Shown: positions 18,050 to 27,649 of the stretch, in pieces
Position numbering within the stretch: the stretch's first letter is position 1
Layout: every line of letters starts with the position of its first letter
Assembly (NCBI GenBank): GCA_002327305.1
Contig: DCUZ01000065.1
Span: 1 to 62,010 of the forward strand
Reading direction: 5' to 3'
Source of the DNA: Holophagales bacterium UBA2201
Lineage (GTDB): Bacteria; Acidobacteriota; Thermoanaerobaculia; UBA2201
DNA length: 62,010 nucleotides
The notes under the pieces: generated by a model
What the model was told of the DNA's origin: nothing
The model's input: only the letters and a program-made list of their open reading frames with translations
The model's database searches: none
Program-made: the position numbers and the translations under genes

Positions 18050-19351
18050 CTACAGGGTTTCGTCCGCGATGATGATGCCCTCGCCCTCGAAGCGCACGTT
18101 GAACGCGTCCCCCTCCCCGCCCAACTCCTCCTCCGCCACCACGGGGTAAAGGTGGCCGGTCCAGGCCACGAGGGAACTGGAAAGGATGGTGAGGGGGTAT
18201 TCCTGGGTGACGCGGAGGGTGAGGGGCTCCAGGTGGGTCAGGAGCGCCAGCGCCCCCTTGCCGTAGACCTTGAAGGACTCCAACCGCCGGCTGTGGCGGT
18301 AATCGTGGACCGGCTCGGGGCGGAACGCCAGGTCGTCCTCGAGGGCCAGGATGTGGGACCCCTCGACATAGACGAACTCCTGGTTCAGTTCGAACAGGTA
18401 GGTCTGGTAGTTCTTTTCGTACAGGAACAGCTTGCCCGTCCCGGAGGCCTCCTGGATCTGCTGGGCGGTGGTGCCGTGCAGCGCCGGGACCGCCGCGAAC
18501 CGGAAGTTCCCGGTGTAGGACCTCAGGGACGACTTCTTGATGAACACGCGGCCCAGCGCGTGGATCTCCAGAAACCCGTTGTGGTGCAGGATGAACCTCT
18601 TTTCCGTGGCCTGGAGGACGGGGCGGGTCGAGAGGTCGATGGTCTCCGGCGCTTCGGAGGCCTCCTTGTTGAGGGACTCCACCACCGCCCGGTACGGCCT
18701 CCCCTCCCCCTTCACCACCGGGATGGGCTGCGTGGTCTCGGCGGGGACCGGGCGGCCGATCTCCGCCGTGGTGTGGGCGGGGCCGGGAGGCGGCGGGGCG
18801 GGGGTGGCAGGGGCGGGAACGGCCGCGGGGACCGGCCCGGTTTCCTGCGGCGGCGCGCTCTCACGCTGCCGCTTCAGGGCCTCCTCCATCTCCTTCGTGT
18901 ACTGGGTCGCCTGGGCGAAGGAAAAGTGCTCCAGGGCCATGCCGTATTTCCCGTTCTTCCGGTAAATAAGCCCCAGGTAGAGGTGCGCCTTCAGGTAATT
19001 GGGCTTCAATTCCACGGCCCTCTTGAAATGGGGCAGGGCTTCGTCTGGGCGCCCCTGCTTGAAGAGGACCAGCCCCATATTGGACCGGAGGATGAAGGCA
19101 TCGGGGTTCTTGACCAGCAATTTCCCGTAGATCGCCTCGGCCTCGGAGAAAAGGCGGAGCTTGAAATAGACCATGCCGAGCAGGTTGAGCAGATCGTCGT
19201 CGTCGGGCCGGTACTTGAGGGCGATCTCCATCTCCAGCCGCGCCCCCTCCAGGTCGTTGGAGCGGTAGGCCTCCCTGCCCTTGTTCAGGTGGACCAGAAA
19301 GACCCCCTGGTCGAACGGGGGGATCTTGGCGCTGTCGCGCGGCCCCATCAT
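18050..19351 (-). CDS. TPR repeat protein with C-terminal AIM24/DUF124-like beta domain (tentative)
   Basis: N-terminal TPR-like repeats (AIYGKLL..NPDA, ALPHFKRAVELKPNY). A Pro/Ala linker follows. The C-terminal half resembles AIM24-type proteins by eye only. Confidence 0.55.
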   Translation of the reverse strand: MMGPRDSAKIPPFDQGVFLVHLNKGREAYRSNDLEGARLEMEIALKYRPDDDDLLNLLGMVYFKLRLFSEAEAIYGKLLVKNPDAFILRSNMGLVLFKQGRPDEALPHFKRAVELKPNYLKAHLYLGLIYRKNGKYGMALEHFSFAQATQYTKEMEEALKRQRESAPPQETGPVPAAVPAPATPAPPPPGPAHTTAEIGRPVPAETTQPIPVVKGEGRPYRAVVESLNKEASEAPETIDLSTRPVLQATEKRFILHHNGFLEIHALGRVFIKKSSLRSYTGNFRFAAVPALHGTTAQQIQEASGTGKLFLYEKNYQTYLFELNQEFVYVEGSHILALEDDLAFRPEPVHDYRHSRRLESFKVYGKGALALLTHLEPLTLRVTQEYPLTILSSSLVAWTGHLYPVVAEEELGGEGDAFNVRFEGEGIIIADETL

Positions 19352-19977
19352 CGGCGTTGATTGGTGACGAGGACGCTGCCGCTCCCGTCACGGATGATGC
19401 GGACCCGGCGGGGTCCGGCGAAATCGGAGGTGCCGCCGTTGTAGGCCCGGAGGACCTGGCGGACATAGTTCTGCGTCTCGGGGTAGGGGGGGACCCCGCC
19501 GTGCCGGACCACGGCCTCGGGCCCGGCGTTGTAGGCGGCCAGGGCCAGCTTGAGGTCGCCGTCGAAGCGGTCGATGAGGGAGCGGAGGTAGCGGCATCCG
19601 CCGAAAATGTTATCCCGCCCGTCGAAAGCGTCCTCCACCCCGAGAAGCCGCGCCGTGGCGGGCATCAACTGCATCAGGCCCATGGCCCCCTTGCGGGAAA
19701 CGGCCCGCGTCCGGAAACCCGATTCGGCCTTGACCACGGCCGCCACCAGATCGGGGTCGAGTCCGTACCGGAGAGAAGCGTCCTGGATGTGGTCCCAGGT
19801 ATCCCCTCTCCGGACCGGTTGCGGCGGCGGCGGCGCCTCCGTCCGGGCAAGGGCGCGGGACACGCTCTGCCCGCTCCGGGCGTTGGACACCACCCAGTTG
19901 CCGTCGGCGTCCTTGGTGACGCGGATGTCGCCGAAGCAGCATAATCCCAACATTAGCGCGAGACCCTTCCGCTTCAC
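19348..19977 (-). CDS. Lytic transglycosylase (SLT domain)
   Basis: AESGF, GLMQLMP and AYNAGP motifs. GTG start. Signal peptide present. Confidence 0.85.
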   Translation of the reverse strand: MKRKGLALMLGLCCFGDIRVTKDADGNWVVSNARSGQSVSRALARTEAPPPPQPVRRGDTWDHIQDASLRYGLDPDLVAAVVKAESGFRTRAVSRKGAMGLMQLMPATARLLGVEDAFDGRDNIFGGCRYLRSLIDRFDGDLKLALAAYNAGPEAVVRHGGVPPYPETQNYVRQVLRAYNGGTSDFAGPRRVRIIRDGSGSVLVTNQRR

Positions 19978-20066
19978 GCGATAATCATACCAGATTTCCG
20001 GGATTTCGTCAGTTTATCCATTTCCAGAGGCCCCCCTCCGCAAGGGGGCCGGGTTCCAGACGATCG

Positions 20067-20100
20067 CAAACAAAACGGGAGAGGAAGCCGCCCTCTCCCG
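20067..20100 (-). terminator. Rho-independent terminator after the fmdB-like gene
   Basis: 9-bp stem CGGGAGAGG/CCTCTCCCG (20076-20084/20092-20100), followed on the minus strand by TTTTGTTTG. Confidence 0.7.
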
Positions 20101-20145
20101 CTTAGGAATGCCGACGGACCGGACCGGCCCGCGGGGTCAGACCCC

Positions 20146-20322
20146 TCAGGAGAACCCTGAAGTGGAGGACCCGCACCCCGAAGCGGCCTGTCCGGGAACC
20201 GATACCATTTTCCGAAGGTCGGTGCTCCCGCACGCCGGACAGCGGGGCTCCTCGGAGACCCCCAGGAGGAACAGTTCGAACTCCTCCCCGCAGCCGAGGC
20301 AACGATATTCGTAGACCGGCAT
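20146..20322 (-). CDS. FmdB family zinc-ribbon protein
   Basis: MPVYEYRCLGCG...CPACGS signature. Confidence 0.8.
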   Translation of the reverse strand: MPVYEYRCLGCGEEFELFLLGVSEEPRCPACGSTDLRKMVSVPGQAASGCGSSTSGFS

Positions 20323-20327
20323 GGGCC

Positions 20328-20750
20328 CTATCCCAGCATCTCCAGGATCTTCTTCTTGGGGACGGCCCCCACCAGCCGTTCCACCACCTCCCCGTCCTTG
20401 AACAGGATGAGGGTGGGGATGCTCATGATGCCGAATTGGGAGGGGACCCCGCCGTTGTCGTCGGTGTTGATCTTGACCACCTTCACCCGCCCGTCGGCTT
20501 CCTTGGCCACCTCGTGGAGGATGGGGGTGAGCATCTTGCAGGGCATGCACCAGGGGGCCCAAAAGTCCACCAGGACGGGCCGCTTGCTCTGGAGCACCTC
20601 CTTCTGGAAGGTGGCGTCGCTCCCCTCCAGGACGTCCCCGTAGAACTTCAGCGGGGCCTTGCAGGAACCGCAAAGGGCGTCCCCCTTGCGTTCGGGCTCC
20701 ACCTGGTTGGGGGTTCCGCAGGCTTCACATACAGTCAGCACTTTTTCCAT
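20328..20750 (-). CDS. trxC: Thioredoxin with N-terminal zinc-finger (Trx2 type)
   Basis: CEAC...CGSC N-terminal pairs, plus the WCMPC active site. Confidence 0.85.
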   Translation of the reverse strand: MEKVLTVCEACGTPNQVEPERKGDALCGSCKAPLKFYGDVLEGSDATFQKEVLQSKRPVLVDFWAPWCMPCKMLTPILHEVAKEADGRVKVVKINTDDNGGVPSQFGIMSIPTLILFKDGEVVERLVGAVPKKKILEMLG

Positions 20751-20815
20751 TTCCCTTCTCCTTCGTTGGTATTGCGCGGGTCCTCCCGACCGGGAGGCGT
20801 GGCCTTCGGCCTCAT

Positions 20816-20905
20816 TCAAGTCCCCACCCCGAGACGGGGCAGGATGACGGCCTGAAGCAGCAGCCACGCGGCCAGAAAGCCGAGTAGCAGGAGGACATCC
20901 CCCAT
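20816..20905 (-). CDS. Candidate 29-aa hydrophobic peptide (MGDVLLLLGFLAAWLLLQAVILPRLGVGT)
   Basis: AAGGAG lies 6 nt upstream of the ATG, which is 4 nt after the arsR stop. Not in the ORF track because it is under 60 aa. Confidence 0.35.
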   Translation of the reverse strand: MGDVLLLLGFLAAWLLLQAVILPRLGVGT

Positions 20906-20908
20906 CGG

Positions 20909-21232
20909 CTACTCCTTGGTGAAGAGGCCGTCCTCCTCCTCGTGCCGCTTGGCCAGGTACTCGCACACGGAATCGCAGATGTTGAAGAACCGCTTTTCCT
21001 TGAGGGCATAGAAGATGTTGAGGCCCTTGCGCCTGGCGGTGACCACGCCGGCCTTCTTCATGATCCCCAGGTGTTTCGAGACGTTGGCCTGCTGGCTCCC
21101 GGTCAGCTTGATCAGCTCGGAGACGTTCTTCTCCCCGTGCCTCAAACTGTCGAGGATCTTGAGGCGCATCGGCTCGGAAAGGACCTTGAAAATCTCGGCG
21201 ATACGATCGATAAGCTCTTCGGAATAGTTCAT
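20909..21232 (-). CDS. ArsR/SmtB family transcriptional regulator
   Basis: FKVLSEPMRLKIL...ELIKLTGSQQANVSKHL winged-helix signature. TATAAT plus GAGG upstream. Confidence 0.85.
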   Translation of the reverse strand: MNYSEELIDRIAEIFKVLSEPMRLKILDSLRHGEKNVSELIKLTGSQQANVSKHLGIMKKAGVVTARRKGLNIFYALKEKRFFNICDSVCEYLAKRHEEEDGLFTKE

Positions 21233-21303
21233 GGTTGACCTCATAGCGATTAGATTATATTACCCAAATGCGAACACAGGTGCGGAGACGATTATTCCCG
21301 CTC

Positions 21304-21870
21304 TCACTTGGCCCGATAGGCCTTCACGACGGAAATGGTCTCCTTGGGAACGTTCTCAAAATTCCCCACTTTGCCGGTGGGGACCTCGGCGATGGCGTCC
21401 ACCACCTCCATCCCCTCGACGACTTTGCCGAAAACGGCGTAGCCCCAGGTGGAGCCGCTCTGCTTCCCCTTGTGGTCGAGACGGTCGTTGTCCACCAGAT
21501 TGACGAAGAACTGGCTCGAGGCGGAGTCCACCTCCATCGTCCGCGCCATGGAGAGGGTCCCGCGGAGATTGGACAGGCCGTTGTCGGCCTCGTTCTTGAT
21601 GGGGTCGTGGGTCTTCTTCTCGGTCATGTCCTTGATCATGCCCCCTCCCTGGATGACGAAACCGGGGATGATGCGGTGGAAAATGGTGCCGTCGTAGAAC
21701 TTCTCGTCCACGTAGGTGAGGAAATTCCGGACCGTGAGGGGGGCCTTGTCCGGGTAGAGCTCGATGACCATCTTGCCCTTGGAGGTCTCGAAGACCACCT
21801 TGGGGTTCCCGGCCGCCAGGGCCGCGAGGGGGAAGAGGAGGATCATGGCGAGGATGAGGGTCTTCTTCAT
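21304..21870 (-). CDS. Secreted cyclophilin-type peptidyl-prolyl isomerase
   Basis: Signal peptide MKKTLILAMILLFPLAALAAG. Motifs FHRIIPGFVIQGG and SQFF. Confidence 0.9.
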   Translation of the reverse strand: MKKTLILAMILLFPLAALAAGNPKVVFETSKGKMVIELYPDKAPLTVRNFLTYVDEKFYDGTIFHRIIPGFVIQGGGMIKDMTEKKTHDPIKNEADNGLSNLRGTLSMARTMEVDSASSQFFVNLVDNDRLDHKGKQSGSTWGYAVFGKVVEGMEVVDAIAEVPTGKVGNFENVPKETISVVKAYRAK

Positions 21871-21969
21871 GGGAAATCTCCTTAGGGTTTTATGATTGCT
21901 ACGACTATATTCTAACACGGCCCGTGCCGCTTTTATTCATACGGTTGGATGGGCAGATGGTGTTGGGGG

Positions 21970-23952
21970 TCATTCCACCGTCCACACCTCGTAGAGGTCG
22001 GGGTCCAGCTCGGCGAGGAACCGGGAGGTGCGCTGGACGGTATTGCGCCAGGAACCCTCTTTGCTCCACTGGGGGTAGCACAGATGGAGCTCATCCCGGG
22101 CGCGGGTGCAGGCGACATAGAAGAGACGCCGCTCCTCCTCCACCCCCTCCTCGGTCCCGGTGGAGCGGAAGCTGGGGAAGAGGCCGTCGGCCAGGGAGAT
22201 GACGAAGACCGCCGACCACTCCAGCCCCTTGGCCTGGTGGACCGTGGAGAGGACCAGCATCTCCCGCTCGTCCTCCCCGGCGGCCACATCCTGCCCGGAG
22301 AGCTCGGAGAGCAGGGAGAGTTCCTCGAGAAAGGCGGTGATGGAGGCGTAGCGGGAGGCGAACTGCGCCAGTTCCTCCAGGTCGTCCAGGCGGACCGAGC
22401 CGTTGGGGAAGGTGGCCAGGGCGTATTCCCGGTAGGTGGTCTCCACCACGGTGCGGATGGCTTCCGAGGGACCGGTCTGCATCTCGGGGGTCACCAGGAG
22501 GCGCAGGACCTTCTGGAACTCCCCGTAGACCCCCCGGCTGCGGGGCGGGACGGCCGGCAGGACGGCCTCCGAAACCGCGAACCCCAGAGGGTCGCGCGAT
22601 GCGGCGATGGCGGCGTAGATCTTCGACGCCAGTTTCTCCCCCACCGTGGGATAGAGCTTGAGGCACCGGCGCCAGGCCAGTTCGTCGCGGGGATTGACGG
22701 TGATGCGGAGAAAGGCCACGACATCCTTGATGTGCCTCTGCTCGAAGAACCGCACCCCCGACCGGATCTCGTAGGGGATCCCCATCTCGGTGAGTTTCAA
22801 CTGGATCTCCAAACTCTGAAAATGGCTCCGGTAGAGGACGGCGATGTCGTTGAGGGGCACCCCCTCGTCGCGCAGGTCCAGCACCCGGTGGGCGACGAAG
22901 TCGGCCTGCTGGTAGACGTCGCGGCACGGGACCACGCTGGGGCTCTGCCCACCCTCCCGCACGGGATGGAGGGATTTGGGGTATTGCCGGTAATTATGCT
23001 TGATGGAGGCGTTGGCCAGGGCCAGGACGGGGGGGAAGGACCGGTAGTTGGTCTCCAGATAGAACACCCGGGCCCCCTCGAACCGCTGGGGGAAATCCAT
23101 GATGTTGGCGAAATTGGCGCCGCGGAACGAGTAGATGGACTGCGCGTCGTCCCCCACCACCATCAGGTTCCCGCCCTGGGGGGCCATGAGATACAGGAGG
23201 TCGGCCTGCAGGGCGTTGGTGTCCTGGTACTCGTCCACCAGGACGTGCTGGAACCGCTGGCGGTAGAAATCACGCACCTCCGCGTGTTCCTCCAGGAGCC
23301 GCTTCCACAGGAGAAGGAGGTCGTCGAAGTCCACCAGGGCGTCCTTGAGCTTCCGCTCGCGGTAGCGCTCGAACACCAGGAGGATGTCCCCGGCCATCTC
23401 GACGAACTGCTGGTGGCGCTCCCGGATCAGCTGGTCCGGCGTGATCTGCATGTCCACCGCCAGGGAATGGATGTCCTGCAGGACGTCCGCCTTGGGGAAC
23501 CGCACCGCCCGCTCGGCGAACCCCAGCTCCACGATGCACGCCCCCATGAGGTCGCGGCTGTCCTCGGCGTCCAGGATGGTGAACCCGGGCTCCACCCCGA
23601 TGGCCCGCCCGTGGCGCCGCAGGACCAGGTTGCCCACGTGATGGAAGGTCCCGCCCCAGAGGCGGAGGCCGTCGATGCGGGTGAGCGACTGCACCCGGTT
23701 GAGCATCTCCCTCGCCGCCTTGTTGGTGAAGGTCAGAAGGAGGATGCGGGCGGGGTCCACCCCGTCCTCCAAAAGACGCGCCACCCGGTAGGTCAGCGTC
23801 CGGGTCTTCCCCGAGCCCGCCCCGGCGATGACCAGCATGGGGCCGCCGGGCTCCATCACCACCTTCAACTGCTCCTCGTTGAGGTCGGACTCGTAGGGGA
23901 TCTGATAGGCGGGCCCTTCCCCGTCCCGCCGGTGGATGACGTATTTTTTCAT
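21970..23952 (-). CDS. UvrD/PcrA/Rep family ATP-dependent DNA helicase
   Basis: AGAGSGKT Walker A, DEYQDT, and a C-terminal VHQAKGLEW motif. Confidence 0.9.
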   Translation of the reverse strand: MKKYVIHRRDGEGPAYQIPYESDLNEEQLKVVMEPGGPMLVIAGAGSGKTRTLTYRVARLLEDGVDPARILLLTFTNKAAREMLNRVQSLTRIDGLRLWGGTFHHVGNLVLRRHGRAIGVEPGFTILDAEDSRDLMGACIVELGFAERAVRFPKADVLQDIHSLAVDMQITPDQLIRERHQQFVEMAGDILLVFERYRERKLKDALVDFDDLLLLWKRLLEEHAEVRDFYRQRFQHVLVDEYQDTNALQADLLYLMAPQGGNLMVVGDDAQSIYSFRGANFANIMDFPQRFEGARVFYLETNYRSFPPVLALANASIKHNYRQYPKSLHPVREGGQSPSVVPCRDVYQQADFVAHRVLDLRDEGVPLNDIAVLYRSHFQSLEIQLKLTEMGIPYEIRSGVRFFEQRHIKDVVAFLRITVNPRDELAWRRCLKLYPTVGEKLASKIYAAIAASRDPLGFAVSEAVLPAVPPRSRGVYGEFQKVLRLLVTPEMQTGPSEAIRTVVETTYREYALATFPNGSVRLDDLEELAQFASRYASITAFLEELSLLSELSGQDVAAGEDEREMLVLSTVHQAKGLEWSAVFVISLADGLFPSFRSTGTEEGVEEERRLFYVACTRARDELHLCYPQWSKEGSWRNTVQRTSRFLAELDPDLYEVWTVE

Positions 23953-23960
23953 GATGGCCC

Positions 23961-23966
23961 ATTATA
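23961..23966 (-). promoter_or_regulatory. -10 box TATAAT 8 nt upstream of the helicase ATG (leaderless candidate)
   Basis: The minus strand reads gcgTTATAATgggccatcATG. No SD. Confidence 0.35.
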
Positions 23967-24052
23967 ACGCGGGAGGGCCGGGGGACTCCCCCCCTCGCGC
24001 CTCGGCCGGCGGGCGGGCCCTTCCTGCGCCCGCCCTCCGGCCCGTCCCCGCG

Positions 24053-26137
24053 CTATTTGAACACCCTGTTCCGCTGGTATTCCTGCAGGTCGTAGGGGGG
24101 CGGGGCCCCGCCGAGATACCGTTGGAACCAGTCGAGATGGGCCAGATAGTAGAACGACATCTCGACCCAGGAGGGCCAGTGCCCCGCCTTGGGGAAGATG
24201 ACGAGGCGGCTGGGGACACCCATCTTCTGCAGGGCGGTGAACATCTGCAGGGACTCGGTGTAGGCGATGCGGTAGTCTTTCTCGCCGGAGACGACCAGCA
24301 TGGGGGTTTTGAAGTTCTTGACATGGTTGGCGGGGTTCCACTTCGTGTAGTCCTCCGAATCCCACGGCGTCCCTTTGAGGTCCCATTCGGGGAACCACAG
24401 TTCCTCGGTGGTGCCGTACTTGGAGCGGAGGTCGAAGGCCCCCATCATGGAGGCGAGGCACTTGAAGGGGTTGTCGTGCCCTTCGATCCAGTTCATCATG
24501 TAACCGCCGTAGGACCAGCCCATGGCCCCCATGCGGTCCTTGTCGACATAGGGAAGTTTGGAGAGCTGGTCGGCCACCTTCATGACGTCTTCATAGACCT
24601 TTCCGCCCCAGTCGCCGGAGATGGCGTCGCAGTAGTCCTGCCCGTAGCCGTTGGAGCCGTGGGGGTTGGGGAAGGCCACGATGTAGCCCGAACCGGGATA
24701 GACCTGCCAGTCGCCCCGGAAGGAGTCCATCCACTGCTGCTGCGGTCCGCCGTGGACGTTGAGGATGAGGGGATATTTTTTCGACGGGTCGAAGCCGTGG
24801 GGCTTGACGAGGAACACTTCCACCGGCTTGCCCTCGGCGCCGGCGACGCTCAGGCGCTCGGCCGGGCGGATGTCCACCTCGTCCGCCACCGCCTTGTTGA
24901 AGAAGGTCAGGCGCTTCGGGGCCGCCTTGCCGGTCGGGTCGTAGCGCCACACCTCGGCGGGGTCACCCACGGAGCGTCGAACCGCAAGGGCAAAATTCCC
25001 TTTGGGATCCAACACCCAGGCATCGAAGGTGGCGTGGGCGGCGAGGCGATCGAACAGGCGCGAGACCCGGTTGTAACGGTACAGCGGCGTCTCGCCCCGC
25101 TCCTGGGCCGTGAAATAGACCGCCTTGCCGTCGGCGGCCCAGCGCACCTCGTTGGCCCAGTTATTGAAGGTGCCGCGGTCGGTCAGGAGCGTCACCGCGC
25201 CGGTGGCAGGGTCCACCAATCCGATGCGGAAGAGGTCGGCCTCGAACCGCGGGATGCGCTGGGTGAGGTAGGCGATCTTCTTCCCGTCGGGCGAGAAGCG
25301 CGGCGAGCCGTCCCAGGCCTCGTTGGCGGCCGTCAGGTTGCGGGCGGAATCGGGGGTGATGTCCCCGTCGAGTTTCTGGAGGAAAAGGTCGGCGTTGGTG
25401 GACTCGGCCGGGTCGGCGACCCGCTTGGAGGCGAAGACGAGCCACTTGCCGTCCGGGGAAATATCATAGTTGCGGTCTCCGCCCAGGGAGAACACGGGCG
25501 ACTCGTGGGGGCCGGGGGTGAGGTCGCGGGACTTACCATCGAGGTCCACGGCCAGGATATGGTCCGTCTTGCCGTCCTTCCAGGCGTTCCAGTGGCGGTA
25601 GAGGAGCTCGTCGGCCACATGGACCTTGAGGGGCCCCTTGTCCCAGGTTTCGGCGATCTCCTTGTTGCAGGCGTCATCGGCCCCGCACTCGGGATAGACG
25701 GTGGAGGCGAAAACGATGAACTTCCCGTCCGGCGACCACATCGGACCGCTGATGCCGGTGCTGATGTCGGTCAATTTCTTCGCCTCGCCGCCGGAGAGGG
25801 GGAGGAGGTAGAGCTGGTCGGAGCCGGAGCGGTCGGATAGAAAAGCGAGCGTTTTGCCGTCCGGAGAGAAGAAGGGGGCGGAATCCATGGTCTCCCCGCC
25901 GGTGGCCTGCCGCAGGTTGGAACCGTCGGCGTTCACGAGCCAGATGGCCTGGGTCTTCTTGGCATTTTGAAGATCGTTGGTGGCGACCGTGAAGGCGGCC
26001 GTCCTGCCGTCGGGCGAGAGGGCCAGGTCGCCGAGCGACTTGATGCGGTAGAGGTCGTCGAGGACGAAGGCGCGTTTCTCGGCACCGAAGGCCGCAACGG
26101 CAACGAGGATCATGATGACGGGCAGCATTTTACGCAT
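24053..26137 (-). CDS. S9 family serine peptidase with N-terminal beta-propeller
   Basis: GWSYGGY nucleophile motif. Repeated SPDG propeller blades. Signal peptide. AAGGAG RBS. Confidence 0.9.
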   Translation of the reverse strand: MRKMLPVIMILVAVAAFGAEKRAFVLDDLYRIKSLGDLALSPDGRTAAFTVATNDLQNAKKTQAIWLVNADGSNLRQATGGETMDSAPFFSPDGKTLAFLSDRSGSDQLYLLPLSGGEAKKLTDISTGISGPMWSPDGKFIVFASTVYPECGADDACNKEIAETWDKGPLKVHVADELLYRHWNAWKDGKTDHILAVDLDGKSRDLTPGPHESPVFSLGGDRNYDISPDGKWLVFASKRVADPAESTNADLFLQKLDGDITPDSARNLTAANEAWDGSPRFSPDGKKIAYLTQRIPRFEADLFRIGLVDPATGAVTLLTDRGTFNNWANEVRWAADGKAVYFTAQERGETPLYRYNRVSRLFDRLAAHATFDAWVLDPKGNFALAVRRSVGDPAEVWRYDPTGKAAPKRLTFFNKAVADEVDIRPAERLSVAGAEGKPVEVFLVKPHGFDPSKKYPLILNVHGGPQQQWMDSFRGDWQVYPGSGYIVAFPNPHGSNGYGQDYCDAISGDWGGKVYEDVMKVADQLSKLPYVDKDRMGAMGWSYGGYMMNWIEGHDNPFKCLASMMGAFDLRSKYGTTEELWFPEWDLKGTPWDSEDYTKWNPANHVKNFKTPMLVVSGEKDYRIAYTESLQMFTALQKMGVPSRLVIFPKAGHWPSWVEMSFYYLAHLDWFQRYLGGAPPPYDLQEYQRNRVFK

Positions 26138-26248
26138 GGGTACTCCTTTCCGTCTTTGGGGAATCGTTTATTATACGGGATACCGGGCCCGCGGTTTTGG
26201 GAATATCTTTTCGGGCCCCCCGTCGTATTGTTCTTCCAAGGAGGATCC

Positions 26249-27649
26249 ATGCGCCCCTGTCTTCCGTTGCTCCTGGTCTCCCTCGTCCTGCCGTCGGGCC
26301 CTGCTCTGACGGCGGCTGATCGCTCCCCTTCCCCGGCGCCCACCGTGGCGGAACGCCTCCTCGTCCGTGGACTGGAGGAGCGGAGGGCCTATGACATTCT
26401 GGGATCACTGCTGAAGGCGGCCCCCAGCCGGATGTCCGGCTCCCCGGGCGCGGCTGCCGCCGTGGAGTGGGGCCGGAAGACCATGGAAGAGCTGGGGCTG
26501 GAGACGCGCCTGGAGGCGGTCACGGTAAAGGCCTGGAGGCGCGGAACGGCCGAAGCCCGCATCCTGAAAAGCCCCAAGGGGGGCGCCGCCGTCCCGCTGG
26601 CCGCGGCGGGCCTGGGGAACAGCGTGGGGACCCCGGCCGCGGGGATCACGGCCCGCGTGGTTGAGGTCAACTCCTTCGACGAACTGGACGCCCTGGGGGA
26701 GAAGGTCAAAGGAAAAATCGTCTTCTTCAACCGCCCCATGAACCGGACCTATCTCAACCCTTTCCGCGCCTACGGCGAGGCGGGCGACCAGCGCTACGCC
26801 GGGGCCGGGCGGGCGGCCGTGCACGGGGCTGTGGCGGTCCTGGTGCGCTCGCTTACCGACCGGCTCGACCCCCATCCCCGCACCGGCATGATGGCTTACC
26901 CGGAAACGGGTGAGAGGATCCCGGCCCTCGCCGTCAGCACCCTCGACGCCGACCTCCTCAGCCTGCGGCTGAAGGAAGAGCCGGATTTGAAGGTCTTCTA
27001 CCGCACCGACTGCTCCCCCCTGCCCGACGCCCCATCGCACAATGTCATCGGCCAGATCACGGGGACGGAGAAGCCGGAGGAGGTCATCCTGCTGGGCGCC
27101 CACCTCGACGCCTGGGACCTCAGCCCCGGGGCGCACGACGACGGCGGCGGCTGCGCCCAGGTGCTCGAGGCCCTGCGGCTGATCAAGGCCCTGGACCTGA
27201 AACCCAAGCGGACCATCCGGGGCGTCCTCTTCATGTGCGAGGAGTTCGGGGGGCAGGGGGGGCGGCAGTACGCGCAGGCGGAGGCCCGCAGGGGCGAGAA
27301 GCACCTGGCGGCCATCGAATCGGACGCCGGCGTGGAGATGCCGCTGGGCTTCGGCATCCGGGCGGACGAGGCCGTGGTGCAGGCGTTCCAGAAGCATCTC
27401 CCCCTCGTCGAGACCTTCGGCATGTTCTTCATCCGGCGCGGTTACGGCGGGGTGGACATCGACCCGCTGAGGGAGTCCGGGACCGTCACCATCGGCCTCG
27501 CCACCGACGCCCAGCGCTATTTCGTCTACCAGCACGGGGCCCTCGACACTCTGGACAAGGTGGACGAGCGGCAGATCGAGTTGGGGGCCGCGGCCATGGC
27601 GGCCCTGGCCTGTGCCCTTGCCGAAGAGGGGTTGCCGGCGGTCCCGTGA
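26249..27649 (+). CDS. Secreted M28 family aminopeptidase
   Basis: Signal peptide MRPCLPLLLVSLVL. GAHLDAWD...HDDGGG metal-ligand motifs. AAGGAGG RBS. Confidence 0.85.
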   Translation: MRPCLPLLLVSLVLPSGPALTAADRSPSPAPTVAERLLVRGLEERRAYDILGSLLKAAPSRMSGSPGAAAAVEWGRKTMEELGLETRLEAVTVKAWRRGTAEARILKSPKGGAAVPLAAAGLGNSVGTPAAGITARVVEVNSFDELDALGEKVKGKIVFFNRPMNRTYLNPFRAYGEAGDQRYAGAGRAAVHGAVAVLVRSLTDRLDPHPRTGMMAYPETGERIPALAVSTLDADLLSLRLKEEPDLKVFYRTDCSPLPDAPSHNVIGQITGTEKPEEVILLGAHLDAWDLSPGAHDDGGGCAQVLEALRLIKALDLKPKRTIRGVLFMCEEFGGQGGRQYAQAEARRGEKHLAAIESDAGVEMPLGFGIRADEAVVQAFQKHLPLVETFGMFFIRRGYGGVDIDPLRESGTVTIGLATDAQRYFVYQHGALDTLDKVDERQIELGAAAMAALACALAEEGLPAVP

